64,000 nt of DNA from Catajapyx aquilonaris (lineage: Eukaryota): positions 1-64,000 of the forward strand of contig KZ538150.1 in NCBI GenBank assembly GCA_000934665.2. Direction: 5' to 3'. The notes under the pieces are model-generated. The model did not search any database. It was not told where the DNA came from and worked only from the letters and a program-made list of their open reading frames with translations. Made by a program: the position numbers and the translations under genes. How positions within the stretch are numbered: the first letter of the stretch is position 1; the number at the start of each line of letters is the position of its first letter. Positions 15,762-29,492 of the stretch are shown here, in pieces.

Positions 15762-17090
15762 ATGGCTGCCCTAACCAGAAGGATGTGGTTTCTTATTGGA
15801 GGAATTGGAGCCCTCTTTGTGGGTAGGTACACAATACAGATCTTTGCGTGTGTGCCACGAGTCCATCATGCGTGTCAACAGGGCATAGTTCTTCGGATTC
15901 TTTCGACTTGTTGCAGGTATTCTGATTGTGGTGCTGGCGCTCACCTTGGGAAGAGGTTCAGACTTGTGGGAAGGTGAGTGGGAGAAGAATGCCTATTGAG
16001 GAGTATGCTAAAACTATATGGATTATTTTCAGGTTTGCTATATCAGCCTAGAACAGAAGACCACTTGATTCGATTCAAAAGCGGCAATATTGGTGTTTGG
16101 GGACCTCTGGTTGCAGACCTAGGTGTCTTTCTTGAAAGTATGCTTTTTCGTTTGAAAAATGCTAATAGGTTGACTATATTAATACTATAAGTTCAAAGTT
16201 GCGGTTTGGTCCAGTTAGGTGAATTTGATAGAGTAAGGTTTCTTTATCGATCATTATTTAATCAGATATTTCATTTTTTTATACCGCAGATTACAACCGG
16301 CCTCATTCTGACCATAGCAAAATAGTTGATTGCAATTGGTCATTGCTGCCCACTGAAGGAAAAGTTTGTGATTTTAGATTAAAAAATCTGGGCCCATCCT
16401 GCAACATAGGCAATAAGTATGGCTACGAAGAAGGAAAGCCTTGCGTTTTCATATATCCCGTCAAGGTAATGTATGCTCAGAATATGAGAACCACATCATA
16501 CACACTTAGTTAATTAGTTTCAAATACGATCTGAAAGAGTTCCGCCTACATAATGGAATTACATTCATAGAAACCAGACTGGGTGCCAGAATATTACCAG
16601 AATAGTCACCAACTACCGCAAGATATGCCAGAGGAACTTCAAAAGTACATCAAAGAAGTGGAGGCAACAGATCGACAAAAGGTGAGACTAATTTTAATTA
16701 TGTCTGAGTAATACGTAACAAATATGTCATTAATATTTTCATAGCTTCAAACGTTGTGGCTATCTTGTAATGGAGAAGATGCTGTTGACGTAGAACACAT
16801 TGGCGTTTTAAATTATAGCAAATTCCATGGATTTCCCTCATATTACTTCCCTTACAAAGAGCAAGAAGAATATTTGAGTCCCTTGGTGGCTGTGCAATTT
16901 ACTAGTCTTATTGGTAAGTCGTATATTGGTGGTCTTCTTGGTCACAGCCTCGTGCAACAAGGAAAAGTCCAAAAATAATTTGCATTTTCATTTCACAGAT
17001 CGCATTGCAGTAAGTGTGAAGTGCCGGGTATGGGCCAAGAACATCGGTGAATACGACGGTTTTGTTAAGTTTCAAATTCTGAAAGAATAA
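15762..17090 (+). CDS. ATP1B: Na+/K+-ATPase beta-subunit-like (nervana-like) paralog 1, ~256 aa, 7 exons
   Basis: GT-AG exons 15762-15822, 15917-15973, 16033-16137, 16290-16465, 16571-16681, 16745-16913, 16999-17090 splice to an open frame: MAALTRR-MWFLIGGIGALFVGILIVVLALTL (TM)...GLLYQP...CNW..KVCDF..SCNIGNKYGYEEGKPCVFIYP..WVPEYY..LPQDMPEEL..LWLSCNGE..GFPSYYFPY..YLSPLVAVQF..KCRVWAKNI..VKFQILKE*. Six conserved Cys. Symbol is family-level only. Confidence 0.93.
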
Positions 17091-18368
17091 AATAATATAC
17101 AGTGTAGCACTTGCCAGCTGTAGAAATAAAAGAAAGGCTTGTTTTGTTTCTCCAACATTTGGTATCATCGTCTTCACCTGCAGCTCACCCAGTTGCCACA
17201 TCAGAGGCTCAATCATCTGATGACGACACATAACTCCTATCGCTGAGTAAATACAGCTGAGTCGAGAGGGCGCTGGTATATACTTGGGTTCCGTCCCCAA
17301 GTTCCGATAAGATATTCTCTCTCAGCCAAAGCTGGGCACAATAATCCGCCCAAACACACACACTTGTGTTCCGCAGCCTCTTATGGCGCATTTTTAATCT
17401 CTCCGTACAGGCAGATGAGTGTCGCAACACTCATCTGTATTGGCAGGTTTGCAGTTTGCAATTAGGAATTGTCTAGCAGCTTCCTCGGACATTGAGGTGA
17501 GTCCTGTACTGTTATGCTCTGATATTGAATGTTTCTTTGTTGCAATTTGTGTGGAATAACAGTCACGTGGATATTGTGTGCAGTTTGACACCAAATTTTT
17601 ATGTATACTAAAAGTAAACAACAGGAGACAATTTTTTGTGCACACCTCTGACAGCTCGTGTTTAGCATCATATGTTCTGTATATGCCAGTCTGATCAATT
17701 TCCTACAAAGCAGTTGATGTCACACTGAACTTTAATAATTATGTTTTGATGCACTATGTCACCTAACATTCCGATATTGTTATTAGAGAAAAGTGCAACT
17801 TTTTTTTATTCGCTAATAATTATCATAAACTGTTTTTTTTCCCCTTTCAAACATCAATATTAAACTTATCGTATTGTTTATAATAGACACTTAGGGCAAG
17901 AGGTTAAAGAGAAGAAGCGATTGAGAGACCTTGGAAGAATGATGGAGCAGAAAAGGGGCTCAATTATTCCATCTGCGGTGAACTTATTCCCTAAAGAGAC
18001 ACTTAGATCTGGTTAGCTTAACTCGATCACTACCTCCGGCAAAGTCCAGAGGAGGGCCATTGCAGTGGCCGCTATAAGCATAGCAATCTTGCACACTCAG
18101 CAACCTCAGTAATGTGCTATAAAAATGTGCGAATTCAGCGACGTATCATATACTCTGTGACACGTAACTGTGCGATTGGATTTTAATATCGTGATACAAA
18201 TACTGACGCGCTATAGCCGTGACACCTGCCACAAAATGAGACTCGAATTTTTTATGCAGAATCATTTTGCACGTGACTATTCACCTAGTTGAAACTTCAT
18301 TGATGTACTTTCCTTTGTACTTTCTTCCTGTACTACACCTGTCTATTTTACAGGCTATATAACGCATC

Positions 18369-21041
18369 ATGCCTTCACAATCTTTGACCGTGAATGATCA
18401 GGAAGCCCCCAAGAGCTATAAAAGGGCTATACTCTACAGTCTAGTGGTAGCTGTTGTTCTAGTTGGTGAGTTATATTTGGTTCAACCGCCATCCATCCAT
18501 CCAACCATGCAAATATAAGTTTTCACAATCACAGTTATCACGTTTAAAGCTGTTTTATCTTCAAATAGTCAGTGTAACATGACACAGCCTTCGCATAGTC
18601 AAAGAAACTTACTTGTAAATTTTTATTACAAGTAAGTTTCTCTGACTATGAGAAGGGTATGCCACATCATCAAAATGAATTCTAAATATTAACATATCCC
18701 TGAATGTGGCATGCCTTGTCGCCAACATTGCTTGCTCCATATAATTGTGATACTCTCATGGGAGCTGTACTTTGTCACACTTCGCAGTTGTAAAATTTTA
18801 CGGCTGACGTTGGACAAGGCCGAATTACAGAGCTAGCTGTCATGATCAACATTATTTATGTTCACAGGAGTTGTTGTGGTTGTTCTTGCTCTCACGCTTA
18901 AGGGCAACGACATGTCAGAGGGTGAGCTTCTCATATTTCCATTTTTCCAACGACATGCATGTTAGACAGTTATTTGATGTTATCCCAAAGGTCAGTCGTG
19001 TGTTAAATATATTTTATCATTGACTTGGGTCTCTGACTGACCGTATTTATGGAAAAAGTCGTGATTTTTTTCACTTATTAATGATAAAACATTCAAAGGT
19101 TAATTACAGTAGTAGTAATATTTAAGTTGCAAACAATAATTTTCATCCCGGTCTACGAATATATTTAATTCAAACTCTTCTTTTCAGGTGTGATACTGCT
19201 TCCAAAAACCAAAAACAATAGCATAGTGTTCCGCCACGGAACTTTTCGAAGGAACGCAGATATTCCACTAGATGGGCACATTATTGTGGACAGCATCAAT
19301 GAGTTTATGAGTATGTAGATATATATCAACTCTGAGATATAAAAGGGTCATCAGACGTTAACAACAAAAATCTGATAAATAGGCTTCCATTGTGATTATA
19401 AAATCTAATTTTAATGTAAATTTGACAATTAATTTCAGACAAAATATTTAGCACACAGTTTTCTCATTTAATCCTTTCTTCCTATTACGCTTGCTGCAAA
19501 TTATGTTTCTCTCATACTAAGGCAATACTGAAATAATTATCATGTCATCTTGCTTTCGTTAGTCAATCACACTAAAAATCTTTGTACTCTGAAAGGTCAA
19601 GGTCGGAATATCCACCCAAAAAGTTACCGCATATGCAGGTGAAATGATCTGTATCGGAATTGCTTCAAAATGTTGCAGCTCAGTACCCGAATGGTGTGGA
19701 AAATAAAGACATTGACCCGACAAGCAACCTAATCCCATGTGCATATGGACGCCGAAGAGCTACTGGAGATAAATGTTGTTTATTCGACGCTGCTTCCTTA
19801 GGATGGCGCTGCGGAAGTAATTACAACTATGGTTATGAGAGTGGGAAGCCCTGTGTCATTCTTCTACCTGAGAAGGTTAATATTATGCAGAAAATAAAAA
19901 TATCAACAATTTTGCGATAACATAATCAATATTGTCGTTCGAATTAAATCATGAGCATAAATCAAATACTGATAATTGAAACACGCATATTAGAGTTTTA
20001 TCATCTTATTTAGATACCTTACTGGGAACCTGAATACTACACCACAAGCCGAGAACTTCCTGAAGAGATGCCATCTGATCTAAGAGAAGCAATTCGGGAA
20101 GCGGAAGCTAAAGATCCAGTGTTGGTGAGCTGTTTAACTTATTTCACACATCGAAACAAATTAACAACCAAAGTTTTTATTTGTAGTTGGAAACCTTGTG
20201 GATTTGGTGCGGAGGTGAAACAGACGAAGATAGAATAAACCTGAGAAATGTTCAATATTCTCCCAGAAGAGGTTTCCCAGCGTATTATTTTCCATACCGA
20301 GGTCAAAGCGCGTATCTCAGTCCATTAGTGGGAGTCAGTTTTCCCGGCCTAACAGGTATGACAATAAATTCTCTCTAAATAGTAAAGACAAGCGTAACAT
20401 TATAAAATATGAACTGATGTCACTTTATGATAGTTTTTACCGTGTGTATCTTGTATTGCTTATAATGGAAACTTGTAAATGCCAGTATCACCTTAGACTG
20501 AGTTTGTAATAAAATATCAGATATCACACACACAAGGGGTAACTGACAACAGCACTAACACTTTTATGCAGGGGATATTGCTGTGAAATAGACAAGATGT
20601 TGTCATTACTGAAAGTGCAAGAATATTTTGACACCTGAAGGTCCAGGTTTATTACACTTTGCAACTAAGCGTTCATCTGATGTTTTTCAGTACCGAAATA
20701 AAAGTTTTTCTGCATTTTATCTGGTTTTGGCACTAAATCATACGGTTACATTGCAAGATAATATTCTGTTGGGTGAAGTTGGGCAAATTGAGAGAATGAC
20801 AAAAAAATGACAGCAATGTTGTCATTTACATACAGATTTATATAATATTAATTAAGTAATGCAACAATAAATTATCTCTGCACATGAATTCCAGTACCGG
20901 CGCAACATTGTTAATTTCTTACACTAACTTGTCTTTTCTTCTTTTTCAGAGAACGTCAAAGTCCATGTCAGATGCCAACTGTGGGCAAAAAACATACCAA
21001 AAAACCGGGGCTTCGTACGCTTCTCTATCCTGGTGCAATAA
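18369..21041 (+). CDS. ATP1B: Na+/K+-ATPase beta-subunit-like paralog 2, 7 exons
   Basis: Exons 18369-18465, 18868-18921, 19188-19310, 19679-19875, 20014-20124, 20187-20355, 20950-21041. Motifs NYGYESGKPCVILLP, WEPEYY..LPEEMPSDL, LWIWCGGE, GFPAYYFPY, YLSPLVGV, RCQLWAKNI. Confidence 0.92.
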
Positions 21042-21522
21042 GTGATTTTTGTTCGCCTGTATAGAGTGTATAAGGGCTGGGAGAGTGAGGACTCTCAACT
21101 CAATGAATATATCACATTGATATGATTACTGCCAAGGAGTCCTTTTTGATGTTGATTGTAAACCCATGGTCAAATCGATGTAAATCCCCCACCAATTTCA
21201 TTTAATAAACCAGCTGTATATATTTGTACGATGAGAATGTTGTCCAAGTCTCCAATGTGATTACACATGTTTACATCACCTCAGGCCACAACAAGCCCAT
21301 GCAAGACCCGTCTGCCATATTTGCAATTAATTTTGATCTTGAGTGTACAGTAGCATGATGGAGGCCGGAGGTCAGCGGGGTCGAACCCCAGAGGCCAAAT
21401 TACGTCTAATCTAGTGTATATCTGTGGTTGGCAAGCGACGCCCACTATTTCCCTGCCTCAATGGAAGCGACACTGGAGTTCTGAATGTGTATGTGTGCAT
21501 GTGTGTGTGTCCAGAGACAAAA

Positions 21523-23773
21523 ATGTCGGCCCGGGTTTTTCTCTTCGCAGTCGGAGCTATACTGTTCTTAAGTGGTGAGTAAGAAGTCTACAAAGTGGGC
21601 AGGGCAGCACGAGACACTATCTGGTTACAACATGGTTTCAATAAAGTGCAATGTTTGCGTCCAACATGGCGTCCATAGAGATGTTTCAGGAAGCGGACTA
21701 TTTATACCAATTAAACGACGTGCACGTAATAATTAAAGAATGCCATAAATTACGAACGCAATGAATAATGCAGCAAGGAAGATAAACAAACAGAGCGCCA
21801 TGAGGGAAGAGATAATCACTACTTAATGACACAAAACTACTAATTGTGTGTTTATATTTTTACAGTGTCCTTGGCAATTATCTTAATAATTACTCTCACT
21901 GTGGATCCAGATCATGGTAATGTCACTAATATTTACTACTGTAATTATGTAATTAAAGTAAAACAAATTTATATTTTTCAGGTTTAGCCATGAAGCCAGA
22001 TGTGGCGGATAAACTAATGATATTTCATTCATGGAAAAAGTCTGATTGGTTTCCATATGTAGAGGAAATTGATCACATGCTGCAGACCAACTGTGAGTGT
22101 ATTCCTAAGTAATGTTAAAGTCACCAACTCGATATCAATGACATACACACTCTGAAATGTTCCGAGGTGTAACAAGGTTCAGACTTCTTTCAAAAATTAG
22201 GCGTTTACTTTACAGGATATTTTTTGTTTTATAGTGTTTTACCCAACTGGAATAAATTTAGTAATCTAACGCATATAAATGTCTTGCACATGACAATTGT
22301 ACATGTACTGGTATCCTGCATGTAAAAAAGACAATTTGCCATATTTTGCATAGTTCATTCATCCCCAGTAATTCATGATGAAGACATACGAGTATTACAC
22401 ATTTTATGGTATTATTTTATATTAGTTGGAAACCGTTGGAAACACACACTGCGCAGCAAATGTCAATTTTAAAAGTAAAATTAAGGTTCGTTTGACATTC
22501 TAATGTGACAAGTGCAAAAACTAACTTGACCGATTATGAATTTTATGTATACTTTTATACTTCAGGAAATTATGTTAAATATTGTCAAGGTAGTTTAAAA
22601 TTATGGTAAATTGGTGACAGAACTTTTAAGCGTCAAAAAAAATCTGCAATATAGGTGTATTCAAATCAGTTACTCAAGATAGGCCTCAGCACTTGACATA
22701 ACAATTTACCATCAAGAGTGCAATTGCGCCAATAAGATCAGGTCTGGTAGAGTTAATCTTGTGAGTAAAGCCGTACTTACGTACAGTGCTAAACAACGCT
22801 TAATGCCATGTCACCTTGAATACTCTAATGGAACTGTCAGAGTTAGTGTTCTTAAATGACTGACGGACAACTTTATTATTGCAGACTTTGCTGGTTACCC
22901 ATTATTCGAAGTGTTCCACAGCAATCGCATGGTCAACTGTCATTACAACAGGTACCCAACTCCGAACGAGTCTTGTATTGTGAACCTGGCTGAATTGGGT
23001 TCCGAATGTACTAAAAATAACAGCTTCGGATTCTCTGAAGGACGTCCATGTATAATTTTATACCCATACAAGCAGGTAGAGGATGCATAATTTAGCACAA
23101 TATAATGAAAACAAATTAGCTGTGTAACATTGTAAACTTCCATGCAGGGCGCTGAATGGGTTCCAGATTATTACCAAACAAGTCGAGATTTACCAGCAAC
23201 AATGCCACATTTCCTAAAGGAGCATATTGCAGAATTGGAGAAGACAGATCCTCTGAAGGTATGGCTGCAGTCGTACTATAGGCCCTATTAGCTCCAAAAT
23301 GTATATTCGATATGGGCAAAATAAAATTGCCTAGAAAACCATAATGTCTCACATTCAAAGATAACAAATTAATATAAATTCACCAATGTAGGACAAATGA
23401 AAATGAAAACTTATCATTTAAAAAAATGTCTGTCATCCTGGGTTTAGCTAAGAACGTTATGGCTGTCATGCGAAGGAGAAGAAACTGAAGATCGGCAATT
23501 TGTCACATCGGTTGTGTATAACCCACTACCAGGATATCCAGGGTACTACTTTCCTCATAGGAATAATCCTGGCTACCGGACACCTCTGGTTGCGGTTCAG
23601 TTCCAAGGAGTTGAAAGTAAGTGGCTGCAATAAATGATCAGCAAGTATAATTAAATATTTGAATTGCAGTTGACACTACAATCAGCATCAAGTGTCGTCT
23701 GTGGGCAAAGAACATTCCTCCTGATGAGGGTTACATCCGGTTCAAAATCGAGGTTGACTGGAGCGAAAAGTAG
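21523..23773 (+). CDS. ATP1B: Na+/K+-ATPase beta-subunit-like paralog 3, 7 exons
   Basis: Exons 21523-21574, 21866-21916, 21982-22092, 22885-23075, 23148-23258, 23448-23616, 23670-23773. Motifs SFGFSEGRPCIILYP, WVPDYY..LPATMP, LWLSCEGE, GYPGYYFP, PLVAVQF, KCRLWAKNI. Absent from the ORF track and read directly from the DNA. Confidence 0.92.
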
Positions 23774-24004
23774 AGCAGGACTGTATTGTGAAAGAAAAAT
23801 AAACGTATCTCAACCACAATATGCTTGTCTTTGATTTGGTAGTGAAATGTCCCATTACTCGAGCTGGATTTCCCACCAAAATAATCAACAGGAAAGTGAA
23901 CTTCCTTCAAAAAGTGGCTCAACATGTCGAAATAACGAGGATATATCTAGTGGACAATGATTGAAATTTACAGTATTCAAATGGAACTCGCAGGCATAAC
24001 CAAG

Positions 24005-25856
24005 ATGGCCAACCCGAAGACACTGATTGTCATTGGATTGCTAGTGGCTGGAGTACTAGGTGAGTTTATATACTCAAGATTGCTATTCTAAAACACAGAC
24101 TAATTGTTCTTAGCGTATGTTATTGTGTAGAGAATGTGGACTACAATCATGTAATGTTTGGTTCATTAGCGATGTATGAATATATTAATTAGCAGGATCG
24201 GGTGACTAACTACCTTTCTTGCTATTTTTAAAAATGGGAAGGAGTTAAACCTTATGAAATGACTTGTTCCGGGAATTCTCTCTCGACGGCGGAGATGAAA
24301 TTACTCGTTCGGGTTTTCTAAAAAATTAAGCATGTAAATCAATAATATTATTTATCGCAGAACGTAAAATTTTCAAAGCTGAGGCGCTACACTTTACACT
24401 CAAAATTAATTACTACCCGGTGACGTCACTATTTCTCTGATGCGCTAGTGTCATAAGGCGGATTAGTCCACGTCCTGTTTTCACCTACTTAGGCGGCGAA
24501 ACTGGGGCAGAGTTATTATTCGCAAGTGGTAGAAGTACAAGTAAATCTGTATCACACCTACTCACTTACACAATTACGTAAAACATGCAATGTAACATGA
24601 TAATTCTTTGCAGGAGGTGGCCTTTTATTCTTGGTCTTCTTTACAATGCCTGGTCCTGTGATAATGCCAGGTAAGATTCACACTACTCTTGCTCGAATAT
24701 AAAAACAATAATAAATTAATAGCAAGTTTTTGTTCCTTAGGGCTTCATTATGAACCAAACAGCAAGGATCAGGCCCTTGTTGTGAGACAAGAAGACCATG
24801 AAACATGGACTCCATACACCGAAAAGATTAGAAACTTCCTTCATGGTAATATAATATGAAATATGATTTTCTTTTAATAGTCTTGATATTCATAGAACTT
24901 TCAAACCCTAGAGTACGACCATCCTCATGCCGGAAAGGAAAACTTGGTATCCTGCAATGAAGATTTCTACCCCAACAAAGGACACATTTGCCGTTTCCAC
25001 TTAGAACAGCTCGGAAATGAATGCACTTACGAGAACCACTATGGTTATCATATTGGCAAACCATGTGTCGTCCTGTACCCTTCAATGGTAAGGAAAAGAC
25101 TGGACTTAAAACTAATTAGTACTTGCAAACCTTGTATTTTTTTAGGAGGAAGACTGGATCCCAGAATATTACACTGTTAACGATACCCTCCCGAAGTCCA
25201 TGCCAAAGGAACTGCAAGATCACATTGAGAAAGTGAAGCATCATCCACTCCAGGTAGTTATTGAGAGTTTAAATTCAAATTTAACTAGCACAAAAATTTC
25301 TTCAATTATATTTGTCAAGCATTTAGCATTACCATTACCTATAATTTATATTGCCCGTCAATTAAGTGCATGCTGTATTCCGGTGATCATCAGTAGAATA
25401 TCTTTTCTGCTTTAATCACCAATCAAAAAATGCAATTATCTTCCACTTTGAAACAGATGAATACATTGTGGGTGTCATGCAAACCTGAGAAGAATCTCAA
25501 GAATGGCACCGCTCTTGAAATAAAATTCACCCCACAACCTGGATTTGCCGGATACTATTTTCCAGCTCGCCACAGTATTGATGGGTATATGAATCCTCTA
25601 GTGGCGGTACAATTCACCAGTTCAACACGTGAGTACCAATCATAATACAATATACATATACAGTACCGTAAATTTGGAATGCACCAATCTCGGCACCAAT
25701 GCATCATATCAATATCGAAACATACATATATGTCATAAACCTCAATTTTATATCCACATTTTAGGTGTGAATTCTGTCGCCATCCGCTGCCGCCTATGGG
25801 CGAAGAACATACCGTCAAAGTGGGCACATGTCCGTTTCACACTCTCAGTTGACTAA
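24005..25856 (+). CDS. ATP1B: Na+/K+-ATPase beta-subunit-like paralog 4, 7 exons
   Basis: Exons 24005-24059, 24614-24670, 24741-24845, 24912-25087, 25146-25253, 25457-25628, 25765-25856. Motifs HYGYHIGKPCVVLYP, WIPEYY..LPKSMPKEL, LWVSC, GFAGYYFP, NPLVAVQF, RCRLWAKNI..VRFTLSVD*. Confidence 0.92.
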
Positions 25857-26322
25857 TGTAGTGATTGTAACAAAATGAACATAAACAATGTATTCGGGTC
25901 AATTTATATAAAGCTACTATTGAAATAAATTTCAAATTTTGAAAACTTTGATTCAATTATCATTCTAGACATTATGGTCATGTGAGGCTGGGCATCATTT
26001 TTTAAAACTAATTTGATCGTGTGCTCTCAATATGTGATTACAAGTAAACGTATAAATTTCCCAACAAACCCTAGAAGCATTTGCAGCGTTTGGGTGTGTC
26101 ATGCAGGGTGTCATGTAGCCTTTAGGGAGTGATCCTCCAAAAGCGACTTAATTAATGAAGTGTAAGGACCTTCATTCATGGAGCAGTACAAGTGTAGGCT
26201 CAGGATGACGCAAAGAAATCTAGTTGGGTGTGCGCCGGAGCGTACTCTTTAGTCCATTCATATCATCCCAGTGCACAAGTGGCAGTGACACAGAAGGTAG
26301 TGGTTCGTACAGAAGGACAATA

Positions 26323-28559
26323 ATGCCGAAGCGATCTTTAGTTATTGCAGGTGCTGTCATCGCCATCCTATTAGGTAAGAACAAATGGATTATATTGATT
26401 TAATTATTTTATGCTTTACATTCTCAACTATGATGGTGGACAATTTTTCAAAAAGCTACACAAAAAGACACATTGCTAATTATAAGTTCTCTGAACATTA
26501 TTTAATGACAAATAGCATAAATAAGTGTAAACAAGTTAACTTAGAATGTCTAAACATTACCCTCAGCTGCTCATTACAACATTCAAGTCAGGTTTATACT
26601 ATTGTAATTCCAACACTCAAAATTTTAAAGGACCCATTCATTATTTTCAGTGCTCGTCATTATAATTCTGGTAGTGGCCTTGGCAGCAAGTGGTGACAAC
26701 TATGGTAACATCTCATTCAACTCGCAGAATAGGTTTTGCACATTTGAACTTTTCATATTAAATTTAGAAATCACTTTTAGGGCTCGAGTTCGAACCAAAC
26801 ATTCCTGGTGAAGAAGGCAAGGTGATTATGATAACTCACGGCGATGACGAAAACTTGAGCAACTACACAGATAGACTTGTGGAATTTTTGGAACGTACGT
26901 ATAAAATAATTTAAATTTAGCTGGATTTACATTATGTATTTGAGTAATACGCTGCGCTGGTATAAATAGCGTACGAGAATCCAAGCGAGGAAGCAGAAGA
27001 GCATCTTGTCCAGTGTCAAAGAGACCAGTACCCATCAGAGGATCAAGTCTGCAAGATCAACTTGGAACTGTTGGGTACAGAGTGTACCAGAGAAAATGAG
27101 TTTGGTTACCGGAGAGGAAGACCATGTGTCCTCTTGTATCCATTTGTGGTCAGTCCAATACTGTCACTTTTTATAGAAATTTTAGTCGAATGCCCGTATT
27201 TCTCTTTTATTAATGGTGATTAAACATACCGTATGTTAGCATGCACAAAAAAAACAGGCTAGACCAAAAATTTTACACTACTGATGTAAATATAAAATGT
27301 CCACCCAATGATTGTAGGATTCAAACTTTATATACGGCACCTTTTGAATTTCCTCTAGATAGATTAGATTAATAATAATTACTTGAAAAGTAGCACATAA
27401 TATTAATAATTTATAAGGCATGTAACAATACAAAGAAACATGACGAATTGATATTCACTTCTGATCAAATTGCTTGTTGTGTAAAGTCATGGTTATTAAC
27501 ATGTTGCGTCTTCATGATTGCGAATAAAAGTTGAAAAGAATTGGATGGAAATCGCAGATAAGTTCAACATTAAAATAATCATATAATCCAGGAATTATTT
27601 CTTTATCAACTTTAACCTCATTAAAGTAAGCAAACAGACAAACGATCATGTTATTACCGATAAAATGGATATGGAGCGATGAAGGACACCGATAAATAAA
27701 TAAAAGTATAATATTTTATGACGCACATGAATGTTGACTATACGACATGAAATGGGTTATACCGTACCAATTATTGTAAACAACAAAAAAAACAACAAAT
27801 TGAGCAAATTTCAAGCAATCGCATTCAAAGCATGTGACCCTCTTTATCGTAACTCAGTAAGATCTGTTGCATGTAAGTCATACACCTTGTAATTTCAATA
27901 TTTAATCAGAATTATAATTTTATCGCATAATTATGGACACATCCAAATTAATGTACTGCACTCATTATATTATAGGAAAGTGTTCTAGAAGTTCGGTTAT
28001 TGCAATTAAATTTGAAATTATGTTATTTCACAGGAAGAAGGGTGGGAACCAGAATATTACAACAGCACAGAAGACCTTCCGGATGAAATGCCTGCAGTTC
28101 TTCAAGAGAGAATAAGCTTAGTTCGCAATAATCCTACACAAGCAAGTGCATTTGAAGTAGTCGATATAATTCAAACTTGGTATGAATATGAACCAGATTC
28201 TTCAAAGTAGTTTGTTTTGTATTATTGCAGATGAAAACTTTGTGGGTGTCGTGCGAAGGAGAGAACATAACTGACCATGAAAATATAGGGCCTTTGAGAT
28301 TCTACCCTGGGCCAGGATTCGCCGGATTTTACTTTCCTCCTAAGAGACATCTTCCTGGATACTTGGAACCTGTCATAGCCCTTCAGTTCCAACGACCAAA
28401 ATGTAACCACCCATATATTAATATTTTTAATTCTCACATTAATTATATCAAATGATTTTTTCCACAGCTGGAACGCTTATTTCCGTTAAATGCAGCTTGT
28501 GGGCCAAAAATATTCCTGACGGCTGGGACGATCTTCATTTCCATATTCAAGTGGATTAG
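26323..28559 (+). CDS. ATP1B: Na+/K+-ATPase beta-subunit-like paralog 5, 7 exons
   Basis: Exons 26323-26374, 26651-26704, 26781-26894, 26970-27148, 28034-~28141 (probable GC donor), 28231-28402, 28468-28559. Motifs FGYRRGRPCVLLYP, WEPEYY..LPDEMP, LWVSCEGEN..DHENIGP, EPVIALQF, KCSLWAKNI. Confidence 0.91.
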
Positions 28560-29492
28560 ATGGAATCATTACTGATTATACTTATCACACTGGATTTTAC
28601 ATACAAATAGTGTTGCACATTATATGTTCCTTGTTCTCTGATTTATTTTTTAAATAGGTCCTTCTTCAATAAATCAATAGTTCAGTACTGTAATGTTTAT
28701 TACGCAATGTACTTGAAAATACCATCACGAAATATAACTAGTTTTTCAAATATTATTAAAAAAATTATTAATAGTATGAAAAATTAGACTGCGTAATAAA
28801 ATGCTCAATATGCAAAATTGATATAACTTAATATTTGTGCAAACCAGAGAAATACAATTGTTATTCATTTGCAAATTAATATTTATATCCATCAACAAAG
28901 GGGAGACGCGCAATGATTCATCAATTCATCATGATGCAGATAATAAATATGAAGTAATGAAAATTTATGCCACTTCAACGTGTGAGTTACCATGTGTTGA
29001 TTAGAAGTTGCCAGATGATGCTATTCGTCAAGAACCTTGCGTAAATATTTTTCATGATTCATAAGTATTTGGTTATTATTATGTCCTAGTTATTATAGTC
29101 CCTTTCCAGCAAAGTACTTAAAAGCCGATCAGTTTGACGTAGTTTAAAATCACGAAACCATTTAATCCCCATCATAAAAATAATTTTCGTTTCAGTAACA
29201 AACTTACTGTAACACTACGATGACTTATTCTGTTTTAAAGACAAACAAACAACTTCGTAAAGTTTCTGGGCCCATGCTATTTTTTTCAGTTTGCCAAGTG
29301 AAGAGTCAATAAACATATATTGCACAGGCACGCACATGTTGGCAACAAGGCCACGTGACGACAGGAAGCCGAACGAGAGAGAGAGAAAAAAGAAGTCGAA
29401 ACCTTATCTTGACGCCAAACGACTCCTGGAAGCCTACGGGGAGAGAAAGTTCTTGTTCCTTTGGGAGACTGTAGCAATTTCATGTGCTTGAC

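Noticed and set aside
17939..18110. Possible alternative first exon of paralog 2 (KVQRRAIAVAAISIAIL)
   Set aside because: No clear in-frame ATG, and the nearest donor is in the wrong phase.
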